Source of the DNA: Alphaproteobacteria bacterium
GTDB lineage: Bacteria; Pseudomonadota; Alphaproteobacteria; UBA6615
Assembly (NCBI GenBank): GCA_028822385.1
Contig: JAPKDV010000001.1
Location: 4,509-68,508, forward strand
Length of the DNA: 64,000 nucleotides
Reading direction: 5' to 3'
In this document: piece by piece, positions 1-8,431 of the stretch
Layout of the letters: each line of letters begins with the position of its first letter
How positions within the stretch are numbered: the first letter of the stretch is position 1
Notes under the pieces: model-generated
Told to the model about the DNA's origin: nothing
The model's input: only the letters and a program-made list of their open reading frames with translations
Database searches by the model: none
Translations under genes and position numbers: made by a program

Positions 1-627
1 ATCGAGCGCGTCGACCCGGTCTGCAAGTGTTTCGGCAATGGCCGATTCTCCGTAGCCCCAGGTGCGCAGAACCCGCGAGCGGATGACCGAGGCGTCTCCG
101 CCACGGCGGCGCAAATCGTCTAGCACGGTACCCAGCATCATCTCTCGCATTTCGTGGGGCACACCGGGTACGGCGTAGATTACCTTCTCGACACCGTCGA
201 TGGTCAGCGGACAGACTAGACCCGGCGCGGTACCGGGCATCTGGGTAATCGTGCTGGCACCAACGGGCACATCGGCCTGTCGCAGGTTGTTTTCCGGCAT
301 CACCCGGCCACGACCTTCGAAAATATCTCGAATATGGGCAGCAATCTTGTCGTTACGCACCATCTCGACGCCCATGATCCTGGCTATCACGTCGCGGGTA
401 ATGTCATCTTGGGTAGGGCCCAGACCGCCACAGCAAACCACTGCATCACTGCGTTCGAGGCCCTGCTGGATGCAGAACTTCATCCGATCAGCGTTGTCCC
501 CCACTTTCACCTGAAAATGAGAATCAATCCCAGCAAGCGCGAGTTGCTCTCCGATCCAGGAAGAATTGGTGTCGACGATCTGTCCGAGCAGCAACTCGGT
601 GCCTACGGCTACGACTTCACAACGCAT
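1..627 (-). CDS. cinA: CinA-family competence/damage-inducible protein (molybdopterin-binding domain), partial; C-terminus runs off the window start
   Basis: Reverse-strand translation from the ATG at 625-627 gives MRCEVVAVGTELLLGQIVDTNSSWIGEQLALAGI...GGLGPTQDDITRDV, the canonical CinA N-terminal MoCF-binding domain; the ORF continues past position 1. Confidence 0.8.
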   Translation of the reverse strand, partial: MRCEVVAVGTELLLGQIVDTNSSWIGEQLALAGIDSHFQVKVGDNADRMKFCIQQGLERSDAVVCCGGLGPTQDDITRDVIARIMGVEMVRNDKIAAHIRDIFEGRGRVMPENNLRQADVPVGASTITQMPGTAPGLVCPLTIDGVEKVIYAVPGVPHEMREMMLGTVLDDLRRRGGDASVIRSRVLRTWGYGESAIAETLADRVDALD

Positions 628-659
628 TGGAGGTTCTTTCGGTTCGTGTCAGGTCCGGA

Positions 660-1187
660 TTAGACCGGCATCGGTGGCTTACCAGCCTCGCGCAAGGCGC
701 GTTCGTAGACAGGAATATCGGCGCTGGGTTGCATCGCATCGGTCTGGCCGAACATGTCGGATATCCAGCCCCGATGGTAACTGCCATGGGTCACCAGGTG
801 GGTCAGGCACATGGCTCGGGACATGGAACCGGAGCTGCCCCCGATCAGTTCGTAATCGACGATCTCTGCCAGTTCTTCCCCGCTCAGGGATCCAACATAG
901 GTCGTGAGGGTTTCATCCATCTCACGGCGTGCGGTCCACAGAGCATCGAATTCCTCGATCTTTACATCACGCAAGGTTTGGAAGTTGTGGCTCTTACCGG
1001 ACATATGGCCGAGCCATATCTGATCAACATTGAGTAGATGATGCAGGCTCACATAGATCGACTGCAGTGGGGTTTCCCGTTTCTTAGTTATTTCTTTAGC
1101 TGGCAATTTCGAGACGTCTGCATAGGTCACCTCGTTCGCCCAGGTGTTGTAATTGATAAGTGTGCTGAGATAAGTTTTATCGCGCAT
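660..1187 (-). CDS. DinB/YfiT-like (DinB_2) metal-dependent hydrolase family protein
   Basis: 175-aa ORF; His-rich helix-bundle motifs (HHLLNVDQIWLGHM, THLVTHGSYHRGW) typical of the DinB_2 family; immediately upstream of and co-directional with cinA. Confidence 0.65.
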   Translation of the reverse strand: MRDKTYLSTLINYNTWANEVTYADVSKLPAKEITKKRETPLQSIYVSLHHLLNVDQIWLGHMSGKSHNFQTLRDVKIEEFDALWTARREMDETLTTYVGSLSGEELAEIVDYELIGGSSGSMSRAMCLTHLVTHGSYHRGWISDMFGQTDAMQPSADIPVYERALREAGKPPMPV

Positions 1188-1338
1188 GTTTGGTTCTCCC
1201 TTGGGCCTAGAATACGCCCTTCAGATGAGTGTGTCGAAACCTGAACTCTCAGGTTGGATAATTCTCCCAGCTGGTCCGGTCAGCGCTCATTTTGAGCTTG
1301 ACCAAGGACGAGACCGTAACCCTCATGCTTCGACAAGA

Positions 1339-1596
1339 TCAGCATGAGGATGTTTGAAGGCTTGCCTTGAACTTTCGATCCTTCTTGATACCCATTTCTC
1401 GTCGTAATGCATCACCAAGAGGCAGCGGACCTTCGGTGTGGATGACAATCCAGGGACCGCGACCCCGGGTAAACTTGGCCCCAGTTCCTGCGTTATGTGC
1501 GGTCAGCCGTGCCTCTACATCCAGCGCGATGCCGGTATAGGTTGTGTCCGCGTCGTTACGCAGAACATAGACGAAATAGGTAGCCTCGGATGCCAT
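1339..1596 (-). CDS. GIY-YIG nuclease-domain protein (UPF0213/YhbQ-like)
   Basis: 85 aa; YFVYVLR...YTGIALDVEARLTAHN matches the GIY-YIG motif. Confidence 0.75.
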   Translation of the reverse strand: MASEATYFVYVLRNDADTTYTGIALDVEARLTAHNAGTGAKFTRGRGPWIVIHTEGPLPLGDALRREMGIKKDRKFKASLQTSSC

Positions 1597-1601
1597 CGGT
1601 T

Positions 1602-1814
1602 TTAGTAGTGCGGCGGGGGTGGATCGTCAGGGGCTTTGTCACTGACGACTTCGGCGAGTTCACCCATTTGACCCGACAGCCGTCGGACTTGTTCTCGCAA
1701 TAATTCAACTAGGTTCGCCTGCTCGGCGACCACAGCCGACAATTCATCAGCGGCCTGCTCCTGATGGGCGAGGCGGATTTCAAGTTCGGCGATACGTTGA
1801 GCGTCAGTGGTCAT
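1602..1814 (-). CDS. slyX: SlyX family protein
   Basis: 70-aa coiled-coil protein; RIAELEIRLAHQEQAADELSAVVAEQ...LVELL pattern typical of SlyX; 5 bp upstream of the GIY-YIG gene. Confidence 0.7.
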   Translation of the reverse strand: MTTDAQRIAELEIRLAHQEQAADELSAVVAEQANLVELLREQVRRLSGQMGELAEVVSDKAPDDPPPPHY

Positions 1815-1870
1815 GGTCGGTTCCGGTTGTTTAGCGGACTTTAGTGGAGGTGGTTGAGTCTCTCTTAGAC

Positions 1871-3112
1871 TTAACCCCGTTCCAACACCGTCACCACAGT
1901 TGCTGCTTCTTCGACGCCAAAGAACCCACCGCCATTTTCGGCTGCGGCAATGCGCGCGCCCTCGACTTGGCGTTTACCGGCTTCGCCGCGCAACTGGGTG
2001 ACTAGCTCGTGGATCTGCATTGCGCCGGTTGCTCCAATGGGGTGCCCCTTGGAGAGCAGGCCGCCAGACGTGTTAACTGGAATGCGGCCGCCAAGGCGGG
2101 TCTCGCCGCTTTCGGCCAACGCGCCGCCGTCGCCACGAGCGCAGAAGCCCATGTTCTCGACCTGGATGATCTCTGCAAAAGCGGAAGCATCGTGGACTTC
2201 GGCGACGTTTACGTCCTCGGGGGAGACACCGGCCATCTCATAAGCCTGGTCGGCGGCTACCTTGCCCAGATGGCGGTCGAAATCATTCGGGTCACGTTCG
2301 GACCCGCTGACGAGAGCCGTGCCCATGATTTTAACTGCGCGGGGCTTGTCGAACCGGTCGAGCTGATCTTCGCGGGCCAGGACGAGCGCGCCAGCTCCGT
2401 CAGACAGCGGCGCGCACATGGCGCGGGTGAGAGGCCAGGCGATTAGCCGGTCGTTGAGCACATCATCGACGCTAAAATCCTTCTGGTACTGCGCCAGCGG
2501 GTTCATGGTCGAATGGAAATGGCTCTTGGCTGCTGCTGCCGCGATTTGGCGTTGGGTGGTGCCAAATTTTTTCATGTGCTGGCGGGCGAGGGAAGCATAG
2601 ATGTCCATGAAGACACTGTGCTCGCCGGTGTCTTTATGAGCCTCGGGTGGCAGTTCGAGACCTACGCCGAGCGCAAGCAGATTGGCTTCGGTTTCGTCCT
2701 GAGTGTGCACGTCCCAACCTCCCCTGAAGGCTTGGAACATGAGGTCGCGCTTTTCCGGGTAGAACATCTTCTCGCTTCCTGCGACGAGCGCGACCCCGGA
2801 CATGCCAGCTTTCAGGTTTGCATAGGCCTGATTGAGGCCGGTAGAGGAGGAGCAACAGGCATTCTCCACATTCACGATCGGGATCGACTGGAAACCCATG
2901 GAGCGCAGCGCGCATTGTCCGCGCACGGTGTTTTGACCTTCCATCATCCCCTGACGGGTGTTGGAGAACCATGCCGCGTCGACATCGTCCATTGTCCCGC
3001 CGGCGTCCGTGAGCGCGCTCGTAACCGCCTCATTGGTGAGGTCCTTGACGGATTTGTCCGGGAACTTTCCAAGCGCGGTCATGCCAATGCCAACGATGTA
3101 AATATTCGTCAT
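1871..3112 (-). CDS. thiolase-family protein (SCP-x-type / acetyl-CoA C-acyltransferase-like)
   Basis: 413 aa; thiolase fold with an active-site Cys region (NVENACCSSSTGL) and C-terminal GHPIGATG. Confidence 0.8.
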   Translation of the reverse strand: MTNIYIVGIGMTALGKFPDKSVKDLTNEAVTSALTDAGGTMDDVDAAWFSNTRQGMMEGQNTVRGQCALRSMGFQSIPIVNVENACCSSSTGLNQAYANLKAGMSGVALVAGSEKMFYPEKRDLMFQAFRGGWDVHTQDETEANLLALGVGLELPPEAHKDTGEHSVFMDIYASLARQHMKKFGTTQRQIAAAAAKSHFHSTMNPLAQYQKDFSVDDVLNDRLIAWPLTRAMCAPLSDGAGALVLAREDQLDRFDKPRAVKIMGTALVSGSERDPNDFDRHLGKVAADQAYEMAGVSPEDVNVAEVHDASAFAEIIQVENMGFCARGDGGALAESGETRLGGRIPVNTSGGLLSKGHPIGATGAMQIHELVTQLRGEAGKRQVEGARIAAAENGGGFFGVEEAATVVTVLERG

Positions 3113-3274
3113 GTCTTTGATCCTTGCTGCGAGGTATCTGATTTTGACCTGTCTGGCTCGAACACACCAGTTTGGAGATGGGTTTGTCTGCTTGGTAAAA
3201 CTATCTGTCGGCTGATTTACGCATCATGGTGTGGAGCTTAGAGTGGTAGACAGTTCTTTTGGGGAGTAAAACAA

Positions 3275-3931
3275 ATGCCAGTACGTATCGGGGTTGTGAC
3301 CCCCATGGACAATGCCATGGATGCCGTAGCGGAAGCTTTTGCAGATATTTGGCCTGAGGCCGAAGTGGTCACCCTACTTGATGAATCTCTTTATGCGGAT
3401 TACGGCGGTGGGAAGGGCATAACCGGCGAGACTTATGAGCGGATGGCCTTGCTGCTTAAGTACAGTCAGGATTGTGGTGCGGGCGGGATCGTCTTCTGTG
3501 GATCGGTGTTTGGCCGTGTGGTTGAGGCAGTACGCGAGAAAATATCTGTGCCTGTGCTGAGCGCTCAGGAAGCTATGATCGAGGAAGCTTTTGCGGCCGG
3601 GTCACGCTTTGGCATTCTCACCACAGTCTCGGGATCTCTACAGTGTCTGCTTGACGATATTGATCGCTATTCGAAAAAACTTAACAAGCCCTACACCCTT
3701 GTCCAACGCGTGGAAGATGCCGCGCGCCCGATCATTTTGGCCGGGGATGTTGAAACCCATGACCAGATGGTGGCCGCAGCCGCCGACAAGATGACCGATT
3801 GTGACTGCCTGATGCTTGGTCAGTTCTCCATGACCAGTGCCGCCAAACAGTTCACCGATATGCCAACTCGCCCGGTGCTCACTGCACCGCACACCTCTGT
3901 GCGCAAGCTCAAGCGGCTGTTGGGGGAATAG
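3275..3931 (+). CDS. Asp/Glu/hydantoin racemase-family protein (HyuE-like), paralog 1
   Basis: 218 aa; two Cys-containing half-site motifs (IVFCGSVFG; CDCLMLGQFSM) spaced as in hydantoin racemase/arylmalonate decarboxylase; an RBS-like GGGGAG lies upstream. Confidence 0.65.
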   Translation: MPVRIGVVTPMDNAMDAVAEAFADIWPEAEVVTLLDESLYADYGGGKGITGETYERMALLLKYSQDCGAGGIVFCGSVFGRVVEAVREKISVPVLSAQEAMIEEAFAAGSRFGILTTVSGSLQCLLDDIDRYSKKLNKPYTLVQRVEDAARPIILAGDVETHDQMVAAAADKMTDCDCLMLGQFSMTSAAKQFTDMPTRPVLTAPHTSVRKLKRLLGE

Positions 3932-3936
3932 AGACC

Positions 3937-4611
3937 ATGTCCAGACCACGCGTTGGAGTTGTTTCGCCCACGGAAGTCGCGTTTCCAACTGTGCGCACAG
4001 CATTTGAAGAGCTTTGGCCCGAAGCGGAGCCGGTTTGCGTGCTTGATCAGTCACTTTACGCGGATTTTATCAACGATGATATGACTGTGCCCGACGTCAT
4101 GCCAGAGGAATGCTACGCGCGTATCGCGCGGCTACTTCGCTATAGCCAGAACAGCGGTGCAGATGCGATCATTTTCTGTGGATCGGTCTTTGGGCGTCTG
4201 GTTGAAGCCGGTCGAGATGGTATGGACGTCCCCGTGCTGACATCCTACGAAGCGATGATCGAAGCCGCGTTCGGTCAAGGCAACCGTTTGGGTGTTCTTG
4301 CGACCACGCCGGGGACGATCAAATGCCTGTCCGACGATATCTTCAGCTATGCCGCAGCCAACAATCTGACCTACGACTTGATCAGTGATGTGGCCGACGG
4401 CGCATTTGAAATTCTGCTGGAAGGTGACCGGTCGGCTCATGACGATTTGGTGGTACAATCTGCTCAGTCCCTAACTGACTGTGACAGCCTGATGCTCGGG
4501 CAGTTCTCCATGGGGTTGGTGCAAAGAAAGATAGCACAAATCGAAGGACGACCTATCTTCACCGCGCCGCACACAGCGGTGGCGAAACTCAAAACCGTGC
4601 TGGGTAGCTGA
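3937..4611 (+). CDS. Asp/Glu/hydantoin racemase-family protein (HyuE-like), paralog 2
   Basis: 224 aa; about 50% identical to the preceding ORF (AIIFCGSVFGRLVEA; CDSLMLGQFSM); 5-bp spacing from paralog 1. Confidence 0.65.
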   Translation: MSRPRVGVVSPTEVAFPTVRTAFEELWPEAEPVCVLDQSLYADFINDDMTVPDVMPEECYARIARLLRYSQNSGADAIIFCGSVFGRLVEAGRDGMDVPVLTSYEAMIEAAFGQGNRLGVLATTPGTIKCLSDDIFSYAAANNLTYDLISDVADGAFEILLEGDRSAHDDLVVQSAQSLTDCDSLMLGQFSMGLVQRKIAQIEGRPIFTAPHTAVAKLKTVLGS

Positions 4612-5528
4612 TGGCTCAGGCTAGCCCCATGCGGATGACGCCAGTTGAATGGTTGTTGCTGGTCATTCTCGGCCTGTGCTGGGGTTGTACGTTCTTTTTT
4701 AACGAAATCGCCGTGCTCGAGGTGCCGCCGCTGGTGATTATCCTCGTTCGTGTCTCATTGGCCACCGCTATCCTGTGGGTAGCAGTGCTCGCAAGCGGAG
4801 CCATGGTTCCACGGGACCGAGATATATGGATTGCTCTTCTTGTCATGGGGGCGATTAACTCTTCCGTTCCATTCTTCTTGATCGCCTGGGGACAAGTGCA
4901 TATCACCGGCGGGCTGGCCTCGATCTTGATTGCTACTTCACCGCTATTCGCGGTCATCGCTGCACATTTTTTCACCACCGATGAAGGGTTTACCCTAGGC
5001 AAGGTGCTGGGTGTGATGGCCGGTCTGGTGGGGGTTGTGTTTCTGATAGGCCCGGAACTTCTGGGCGAAATCGGCAGCGACCTGCTCGGTCAGTTATCTA
5101 TACTTGGCGCAGCGTTCCTTTATGCGATTTCTGCTATCTATGGACGGCGGTTCGCAGCGCGCGGTGTCGCGCCGATCGTTGTCGCCACGGGGCAAATGAC
5201 CATGGCAGTGGTGCTTGTGTTGCCGGTCGCCTTGATCATCGAGCAGCCGTGGACGATGCAAAACCCTGGTCTATCGGCCTGGGGCGCGATGATTGGTCTC
5301 GCGGTGATCTCTACGTCTTTCGCGTATCTGATCTATTTCCGGATTTTGGCCACTGCCGGTGCGATCAATATCTTGCTGGTAAACTTTCTTGTTCCTGTCA
5401 GTGCGCTTTTGCTGGGAATCTTCATTCTCGGCGAGACCCTCAGCATTGAGCAGATGATAGGGATGGCGTGTATCGCTCTGGGCCTCGCCTTGATTGACGG
5501 ACGTGTGGTTCAGCGCCTGCGCGGTTAA
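4611..5528 (+). CDS. EamA/DMT-superfamily transporter
   Basis: 305 aa; about 10 TM helices with the duplicated EamA architecture; its start overlaps the stop of the upstream racemase-like gene (TGATG). Confidence 0.75.
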   Translation: MAQASPMRMTPVEWLLLVILGLCWGCTFFFNEIAVLEVPPLVIILVRVSLATAILWVAVLASGAMVPRDRDIWIALLVMGAINSSVPFFLIAWGQVHITGGLASILIATSPLFAVIAAHFFTTDEGFTLGKVLGVMAGLVGVVFLIGPELLGEIGSDLLGQLSILGAAFLYAISAIYGRRFAARGVAPIVVATGQMTMAVVLVLPVALIIEQPWTMQNPGLSAWGAMIGLAVISTSFAYLIYFRILATAGAINILLVNFLVPVSALLLGIFILGETLSIEQMIGMACIALGLALIDGRVVQRLRG

Positions 5529-5537
5529 CCTTACTAG

Positions 5538-6392
5538 TTAGCCTTCGGCAATTTCGTTTATTAGAACACCCACATTCTCGATATGGATTTCACAGGTGTC
5601 GCCCGGCTGCATGAAAACCTGTGGTTCGCGTGACTGGCCAACGCCTGACGGAGTGCCTGAAGCAATTACATCACCCGGCTGTAGCTCCAGCATGTTCGAG
5701 ACGTAAGAAATACAGGTAACAACGTCGAAGATCATATTTTTGGTGTTAGAGCTCTGCATCGTCTGACCGTTCAGCACAGTCGATATGCCGAGCACCTGTG
5801 GGTCGGGGATTTCGTCAGCGGTAACCATCCAGGGGCCGAACGCGCCTGTCTTGGCGAAGTTCTTGCCTGGGACGACTTGGGACGTGTGGTATTGCCAATC
5901 GCGGGCACTGCCTTCATTGAAGCAGGAATATCCCGCCACGTGGGACAGGGCATCTTCCTTCGTAATGTGGCGACCCGGCTTACCGATGATAACGGCGAGT
6001 TCGCACTCATAGTCGAGTTTATGAACGTGGGGTGACTTCATCAGGTTTTGCTTGTGGCCAACCATGGTGTCGGCATAACGGCCGAAGATCATCGGATGTT
6101 CTGACTTAGAGCGTTGTAGGCCGGCGTCGATCGCCTCCTGCAAATGATCCATGTAGTTTACGCCTACACACCAGATATGGGCGGGGTCGGGAATGACCGG
6201 CAGAAAGGTCACATCGTCCAGCGCATGGTCGGCGACGGCACCGGCATGAGCAGCCATATCATCAACTTTGCCATCAGCGATCAGGCCTCGCAGCGAGGTC
6301 ACACCCGCATGCTCGGTCAGGTCGACAATACCGGCATCGTTGACTAGGCCAACGTGTACACCGTTCCCTGCTTCAAAAGTAATCAATCTCAT
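5538..6392 (-). CDS. fumarylacetoacetate hydrolase (FAH) family protein
   Basis: 284 aa; FAH-fold motifs (DYECELAVIIGK, GTPSGVG). Confidence 0.8.
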   Translation of the reverse strand: MRLITFEAGNGVHVGLVNDAGIVDLTEHAGVTSLRGLIADGKVDDMAAHAGAVADHALDDVTFLPVIPDPAHIWCVGVNYMDHLQEAIDAGLQRSKSEHPMIFGRYADTMVGHKQNLMKSPHVHKLDYECELAVIIGKPGRHITKEDALSHVAGYSCFNEGSARDWQYHTSQVVPGKNFAKTGAFGPWMVTADEIPDPQVLGISTVLNGQTMQSSNTKNMIFDVVTCISYVSNMLELQPGDVIASGTPSGVGQSREPQVFMQPGDTCEIHIENVGVLINEIAEG

Positions 6393-6407
6393 AAACTGTT
6401 TTCCTGT

Positions 6408-7391
6408 TTAGGCGTCTAAGGCTTCGCGAGCCTTGGCGACCACGCGTTCGGTTGTAACCCGGAATTCGTTTTCCATGGGTTCAGCATAAGGGACAGGCAT
6501 ACGCGGTGCACCTATGCGCCGTGGAAAGGTTTTCAGGTCAGTCGAGCAGTTTTCGGTCACATCCGCTGCTATTTCTGAGGCAAAGCCGCCAACCTGTACG
6601 GCTTCCTGCGCGACCAAAAGGCGACCGGTCTTGGCGACGGAGGCATAGACTGTCACCTTGTCCCATGGCCAAAGGGTACGTAGGTCGATGACTTCGACGG
6701 ATGTGCCATCAGCTGCAAGCGTCTCTGCCGCCTCAACAGCCAGGTGTGCCATCCTCGACCAGGATACTATGGTAAGATCGCTCCCCTCGCGCAGGGTCTT
6801 GGCTTCACCAATTGGAACCATGCCTTCGTCGTCGGGAACATCGCCCTTAGTACTCCAGAGGTCCTTGTGTTCCATAAACACGACGGGGTCGTCGGCGCGG
6901 ATCGCGGATTTTAGCAAACCACGTCCGTCAGCTGGCGTGCCTGGAGCCACAACCACGAGGCCGGGTGTGTGGACATACCAGGCTTCGGTTGATTGGGAGT
7001 GCTGGGCGGCACCGCCTTTACGCATGCCGATAGCCTGGCGCACGACTAAGGGAACCCGGGCCTGTCCGCCGAACATGTAACGAATTTTCGCAGCTTGGTT
7101 GACGAGCTCGTCGACGGCACACATTCCGAAATCAGCCATCCGCAAATCGGCTACAGGACGGGTGCCCGCAACGGCAGCTCCGACGGCGGCGCCCATGATA
7201 GTGTTTTCGGAAATCGGCGTGTTGACGATGCGTTTGGCACCGAATTCCTCAATCAAACCCAGATACTGGTTCGCGCTCGTACCACCATGGGCAGTGGAAA
7301 GGTCTTCACCTAGCGCCCAGACTAATGGGTCGCGGCGCATTTCCTCGGCTAGTCCCTCCCGTACAGCATCGGCAAAGGTCATCGTAGTCAT
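6408..7391 (-). CDS. 2-oxoacid dehydrogenase E1 component beta subunit (transketolase-like), copy A
   Basis: 327 aa; E1-beta pyrimidine-binding and transketolase C-terminal motifs; overlaps the upstream E1 alpha gene by 4 bp. Confidence 0.8.
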   Translation of the reverse strand: MTTMTFADAVREGLAEEMRRDPLVWALGEDLSTAHGGTSANQYLGLIEEFGAKRIVNTPISENTIMGAAVGAAVAGTRPVADLRMADFGMCAVDELVNQAAKIRYMFGGQARVPLVVRQAIGMRKGGAAQHSQSTEAWYVHTPGLVVVAPGTPADGRGLLKSAIRADDPVVFMEHKDLWSTKGDVPDDEGMVPIGEAKTLREGSDLTIVSWSRMAHLAVEAAETLAADGTSVEVIDLRTLWPWDKVTVYASVAKTGRLLVAQEAVQVGGFASEIAADVTENCSTDLKTFPRRIGAPRMPVPYAEPMENEFRVTTERVVAKAREALDA

Positions 7392-8431
7392 GCCGCATCT
7401 CCCGTCCCAGCCCAGGGTTCGGGCGGGCCAAAATCCTGTACGTCTTCGTAAGCCAATGCGGCATCGGGGAAGGGGGATTCTTTGGCTGCTGTGACGGCCG
7501 TATCAATCTGGGCGTAGGCCGCGGCATGTGCGCTGCGCAGATCGGCTTCGTTTAGTCCGTTGTCTGCGAGCCACGAGGCGCATTGCCCGAGCGGTTCGTT
7601 TTCCCAGTTCTCTTCTGTTTCGCCATCCCGACGATAGAGCAGCTTGTCGCGTGAGATATGACCTTTCACGCGATAGGTGCGAGCGTGCAGGAAATGCGGG
7701 CCCTGTCCGCTACGTACACGCGCAATTAGATCAGTAGCAAGAGCATCAACTGCCACCACGTTATTGCCGTCGACATCGAACGCGGGCATGCCGAAGGCCT
7801 TGGCGCGGGCCACGGGGCCATCGCCCGCTGTGACACTTCTAGTCAGCGTTGATGAAGCGTAGGTGTTGTTCTCACACACAAACATGATAGGCAATTCGTA
7901 GACCATGGCCCAGTTGAGGGCTTCGTAGAACGGGCCGCGATTGGTGGTCCCGTCACCAACAAAGACCGCCACGATAGAATCATCCCCTTTGAGGGTGATC
8001 GCTTGTGCCGCACCAACACCCATAGTCAGGCCATCTGCGAGCACCCCGTTTGCACCGAGCATGCCGACCGAAAAATCTGCGATGTGCATAGATCCGCCCT
8101 TGGCTCCACTGGTGCCGCCCACGCGACCCATCAATTCCTTCATCATCGCTTCGGGGTCGGCGCCCTTGGCGATGGAGTGGCCATGTCCACGATGGTTGGA
8201 GAGGATGTAATCGTTGCGCCGTAGGTTGGAGCAGACACCGGTGCCGACAGCTTCCTGACCGATATACTGGTGGATTGATCCGTTGATAAAACCTTCGTCG
8301 AAGGCGTCCTCGGCGCGTTCTTCGAATGCCCGAATAAGGCACATGGTCTTGTACAGCTCAAAAATACGGGCGGGCGTATTCCTCGGCTGGTCGGTCTCGC
8401 TCATGCCTGAATCCCTATGCGATCCGGTCAC
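7388..8431 (-). CDS. TPP-dependent 2-oxoacid dehydrogenase E1 component alpha subunit, copy A
   Basis: 347 aa; HRGHGHSIAKGADP and GDGTTNRG...FVCENN TPP-binding motifs. Confidence 0.8.
   Translation of the reverse strand: MTGSHRDSGMSETDQPRNTPARIFELYKTMCLIRAFEERAEDAFDEGFINGSIHQYIGQEAVGTGVCSNLRRNDYILSNHRGHGHSIAKGADPEAMMKELMGRVGGTSGAKGGSMHIADFSVGMLGANGVLADGLTMGVGAAQAITLKGDDSIVAVFVGDGTTNRGPFYEALNWAMVYELPIMFVCENNTYASSTLTRSVTAGDGPVARAKAFGMPAFDVDGNNVVAVDALATDLIARVRSGQGPHFLHARTYRVKGHISRDKLLYRRDGETEENWENEPLGQCASWLADNGLNEADLRSAHAAAYAQIDTAVTAAKESPFPDAALAYEDVQDFGPPEPWAGTGDAA

Noticed and set aside
200-1037. Several overlapping plus-strand ORFs (200-514, 334-663, 566-907, 627-1037) in the six-frame track
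   Set aside because: They lie antisense to or out of frame with the clearly recognisable cinA and DinB-family genes, are Arg/Pro/Ser-rich as is typical of off-frame high-GC translation, and have no family resemblance.
1321-1349. 9-bp stem hairpin (CCTCATGCT...AGCATGAGG) overlapping the stop codon of the GIY-YIG gene
   Set aside because: There is no U-tract on the relevant strand, so it cannot be called an intrinsic terminator with confidence; it may be an incidental or mRNA-stability hairpin.
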